In this document: piece after piece, positions 49,801 through 52,583 of the stretch
Position numbering within the stretch: position 1 is the stretch's first letter
Layout of the letters: each line of letters starts with the position of its first letter
Origin: Parasitella parasitica NRRL 2501
Lineage: Eukaryota; Fungi; Mucoromycota
Length of the DNA stretch: 52,583 nt
Assembly: GCA_025201805.1 (NCBI GenBank)
Contig: MU619287.1
Coordinates: forward strand, 1 to 52,583
Direction: 5' to 3'
Program-made: the position numbers and the translations under genes
Notes under the pieces: generated by a model
What the model was told of the DNA's origin: nothing
Seen by the model: the letters and a program-made list of their open reading frames with translations, nothing else
Database searches by the model: none

Positions 49801-51685
49801 CGCCATGAAGGCAGTGTTCAGATAAACGGGCTACATTACACACTCAACGAACTAGTTCATACATTCAGACCATTCCATAAAAACGGACGACGTTTGAACA
49901 GAACCAAGGAAGAGATGATGTCTGTTGTATACGCCCCTGACAGATCACTAGACATCTTGGTGACATCGCCTATGCCATTACTAGACCTTGCATTCCACCA
50001 TGTGCCTGAGACTATTCTTTCCGGCGAAGTCATTCAGACCGTATTGGAGATCAACAATAAAGGTAATAAGGGCTTAACGGCCCTTCGATTAAAGACTAGT
50101 CATCCTAGCTTCATTTATGTTGGAAACCCAGAGGACATGGACAAAGATATCTATGGTAATAAGATAAATGTTTCCGTGGTGAACGATTTCGATACTAACT
50201 GCATAATATTTGCTAGCTTCTGAGCAGCCGGGTGCCCCCCTCCAAGTAAAACTACAAAATAAATTATTTGACGCAAGTGTTATTTCGATACCTTTACCAG
50301 CGAAAAAAAACGAAGAGCGCAGCAACGAAAATGGTGCTGTTATGCCTGGAGAAACTACTCTTGTCCCGCTATGGATCCGAGGTGATCGTATTGGCAAGCA
50401 CACCTTCAAGTTCTTATTCTCTTATCAATCCGACCAGGACAACGCAATGATCGCGCACAGGACATTACGCTATACAATGCATGTTCAGGTTCTTCCATCA
50501 CTCAAAATCAACGCATTTACAAGACCAAGCACAACTGCTGTCAATGAATATATCCTAGGCATAGAAATTGAAAATCTGCAGACTGTAGCCAATTTTGATT
50601 TGACACAATTGACAGCAGTGAGCCCAATGTGGTCAATTACACCTTTGAGCATCGACCTATCATCCAAAGAAGACGTACTTGCCAAGACAGTAATCCCACC
50701 TCGACAGACTACCTTTGCCTACTACAAGATTCAAAGATCAGAGCAGGTAGATACTTCTTGTCCAGAAGCATGGACATCTCAGGCACTAGGCGCGTTATTG
50801 AGCAAAGGAGACACAAAATCATTTCCGCCTCCAATTCTTGTGAACTTGAGCAAATTAGCCTTCAGACACAATGACATTCCTTTTGATGTGACACCCTTGA
50901 AACCATTTGCTCTGAATTCTCGCATGTATTGGAGACAAGACAATCTAGACACTCAGTTCCCCAACATCCCAAAAGACAAGTACAACCATCTCTTCACTCT
51001 ATACAAGACTGGTGATGTAGATCTAACTTTATATTGGGATATCCCACAAATGAAACGTCATGGCCACCACTATATTATTGGCGTCAATCTCGGCGTAATG
51101 CAAAATCCGTTCCAAGGCAACCTTTCAGAACTGGCAGGTAGAGAAAGCCGCAGCTTATTTGAAGCTACCGCCAAAGAAAGAGCTTTGCTAGTGAACAGCC
51201 TGACAAGGAATCGCGCGCTAAAGGACGAAAGTCCTATTAAATTAAAAGTTTCTTCGCCAGATCAAACAACTCATGATTTTGACAAGGAAGGGTAAGTGTA
51301 TTATCTCATACACGGATGTGTAATGGCGTGCTCAAGTTTTTCTAGTCTTTTAAAGGTATCTATCCTGGTATCATTGAGCAACTGCTCTTGGAATAGAACC
51401 AGCAAATATTTGTTGGAGTTGCTGCCATGGTCGAAACCTGAGAAAACCAGCAAAGCAGGCTCTTTCAATATTTTCCCTTTCCACTGGTCAGGCTCAACTG
51501 TTTTTTCGGGCACCTTGAAACCTGAAGAGAAATTAGACATACAAATTTTTGCTACTTTCCAATTACCTGGCGTCTATGATATTAATAGATGGAGGCTAAC
51601 TGTACGCACAGATGATAAAGATGACGCAGAGGTTTTCGTACATCAACCTAGCCTACCTCAATTAATCACCACCATTGCTATTTAA
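46897..51685 (+). CDS. TRS85: TRAPP III-specific subunit Trs85/TRAPPC8
   Basis: ETFDHPVA, IPFMERNIQHWNEQVASARRGITGRLF, EAQMRKLADYAFMLRDY and LEQAAHCF...RKYGFHLVMAGHRY, followed by Ig-like C-terminal exons. Confidence 0.92.
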
Positions 51686-52583
51686 ATAAAGAATAATCCA
51701 GATGATATTGAAAAACTATTTATACATTTGGCAAACTATTTCATCATAAAATGCAATTTCTTTTGCTTTGCATGTGTCATTTCAAACAGGGAGAAATTTT
51801 TGACGACATAGATGATGGTAAACAGGTTTTCTACACTGGTATCATATGTATCAAATGTTTAGAGTAGCCTGTCGAAACAGCAAGGCCTTGATGCTATCAT
51901 GGAACGTACCATATTGGTTTTATAGAGTGATTGGGAAGCTATTTTGGAGGGTCCAATGCCTTATTAGCGGATTTTGCTCATAATTGGGGGTTATTGGGTT
52001 TAAATGCGGCTTTTAAGCCAATAAAAATTGAGTAATTAATTCTAAACGACCAATGGAAATGCTCAAAACGAGGTTATTGGGTTTCAAATAATTTAATTAA
52101 AATCATGTCTCCTGAAGGACAGTCAGGCTTATTATTGCATTTTCTCAAAAATAATTGGCTTTAGAAAAATAAATGTCACAAGCTTAGATTATTTTTATCA
52201 CAATTTACCAATCAAAATTAGCCCAAATATTATATATAATTAGTACATCTTTTTGGATTCACTGTATATTCTATTTCATCAAGAAAAGAAAAGTGACAAA
52301 TAAGTTATCATTTTCACTTTGCGAACTAACTGAAAATTTTCATACATGTGACGAAGTTAAAAATGCAGAAATAAGCTTTTTACTAAAATACAGTCCGGCT
52401 GGTGGATATTGTCGGTTACAAGAAATATAACTGGATTTAATTTGTTAATTAACAAGTTGGGATTACCCCGATCAGCCCATTTGGGCCGACCCTTCCATAA
52501 TAAATTTCTCCACAGAAATTGAAGATAACATGTTAAAAACTCTTTTTAATATTGAAATGGGTGTTCTTGTCAGCGATCTAATT

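Overview
Eukaryotic, AT-rich, intron-rich fungal genomic DNA, most consistent with Mucorales (Mucoromycota). The evidence is short GT-AG introns, very compact gene spacing and a typical transposon complement. The left half mixes host genes with mobile-element debris: a truncated Tc1/IS630-like transposase start, a two-ORF LINE broken by a 345-N gap, a probable solo LTR, a Tc1-type transposase interrupted by a Helitron Rep fragment, a DIRS RNase H/methyltransferase remnant and a PIF1 helicase fragment. Host genes reconstructed by splicing are a ZMIZ-like SP-RING protein, a small SLX4IP-like hypothetical protein, an NPP-type phosphodiesterase, a SAM methyltransferase, an SRSF7-like SR protein, glycyl-tRNA synthetase, TRIP4/Rqt4, an acidic disordered protein, RPL17, two tandem small secreted paralogues, a GATA factor, YME1, a LEA-like protein and TRS85/TRAPPC8. 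The most notable observations are: (1) an apparently complete animal-type ZMIZ1 architecture, including the N-terminal TPR-like domain that binds Notch in animals, plus a PIAS-type SIM; (2) a GC-rich double hairpin in an unusually long intron; (3) an SRSF7-like long intron at the position used for autoregulation in animals; (4) a LINE with AUGA-coupled ORFs and a cryptic N-terminal zinc ribbon; (5) an uncharacterised basic/acidic pair of secreted 4-Cys proteins. No rRNA, tRNA or CRISPR was seen. Family assignments are by motif recognition from memory; no database search was run.
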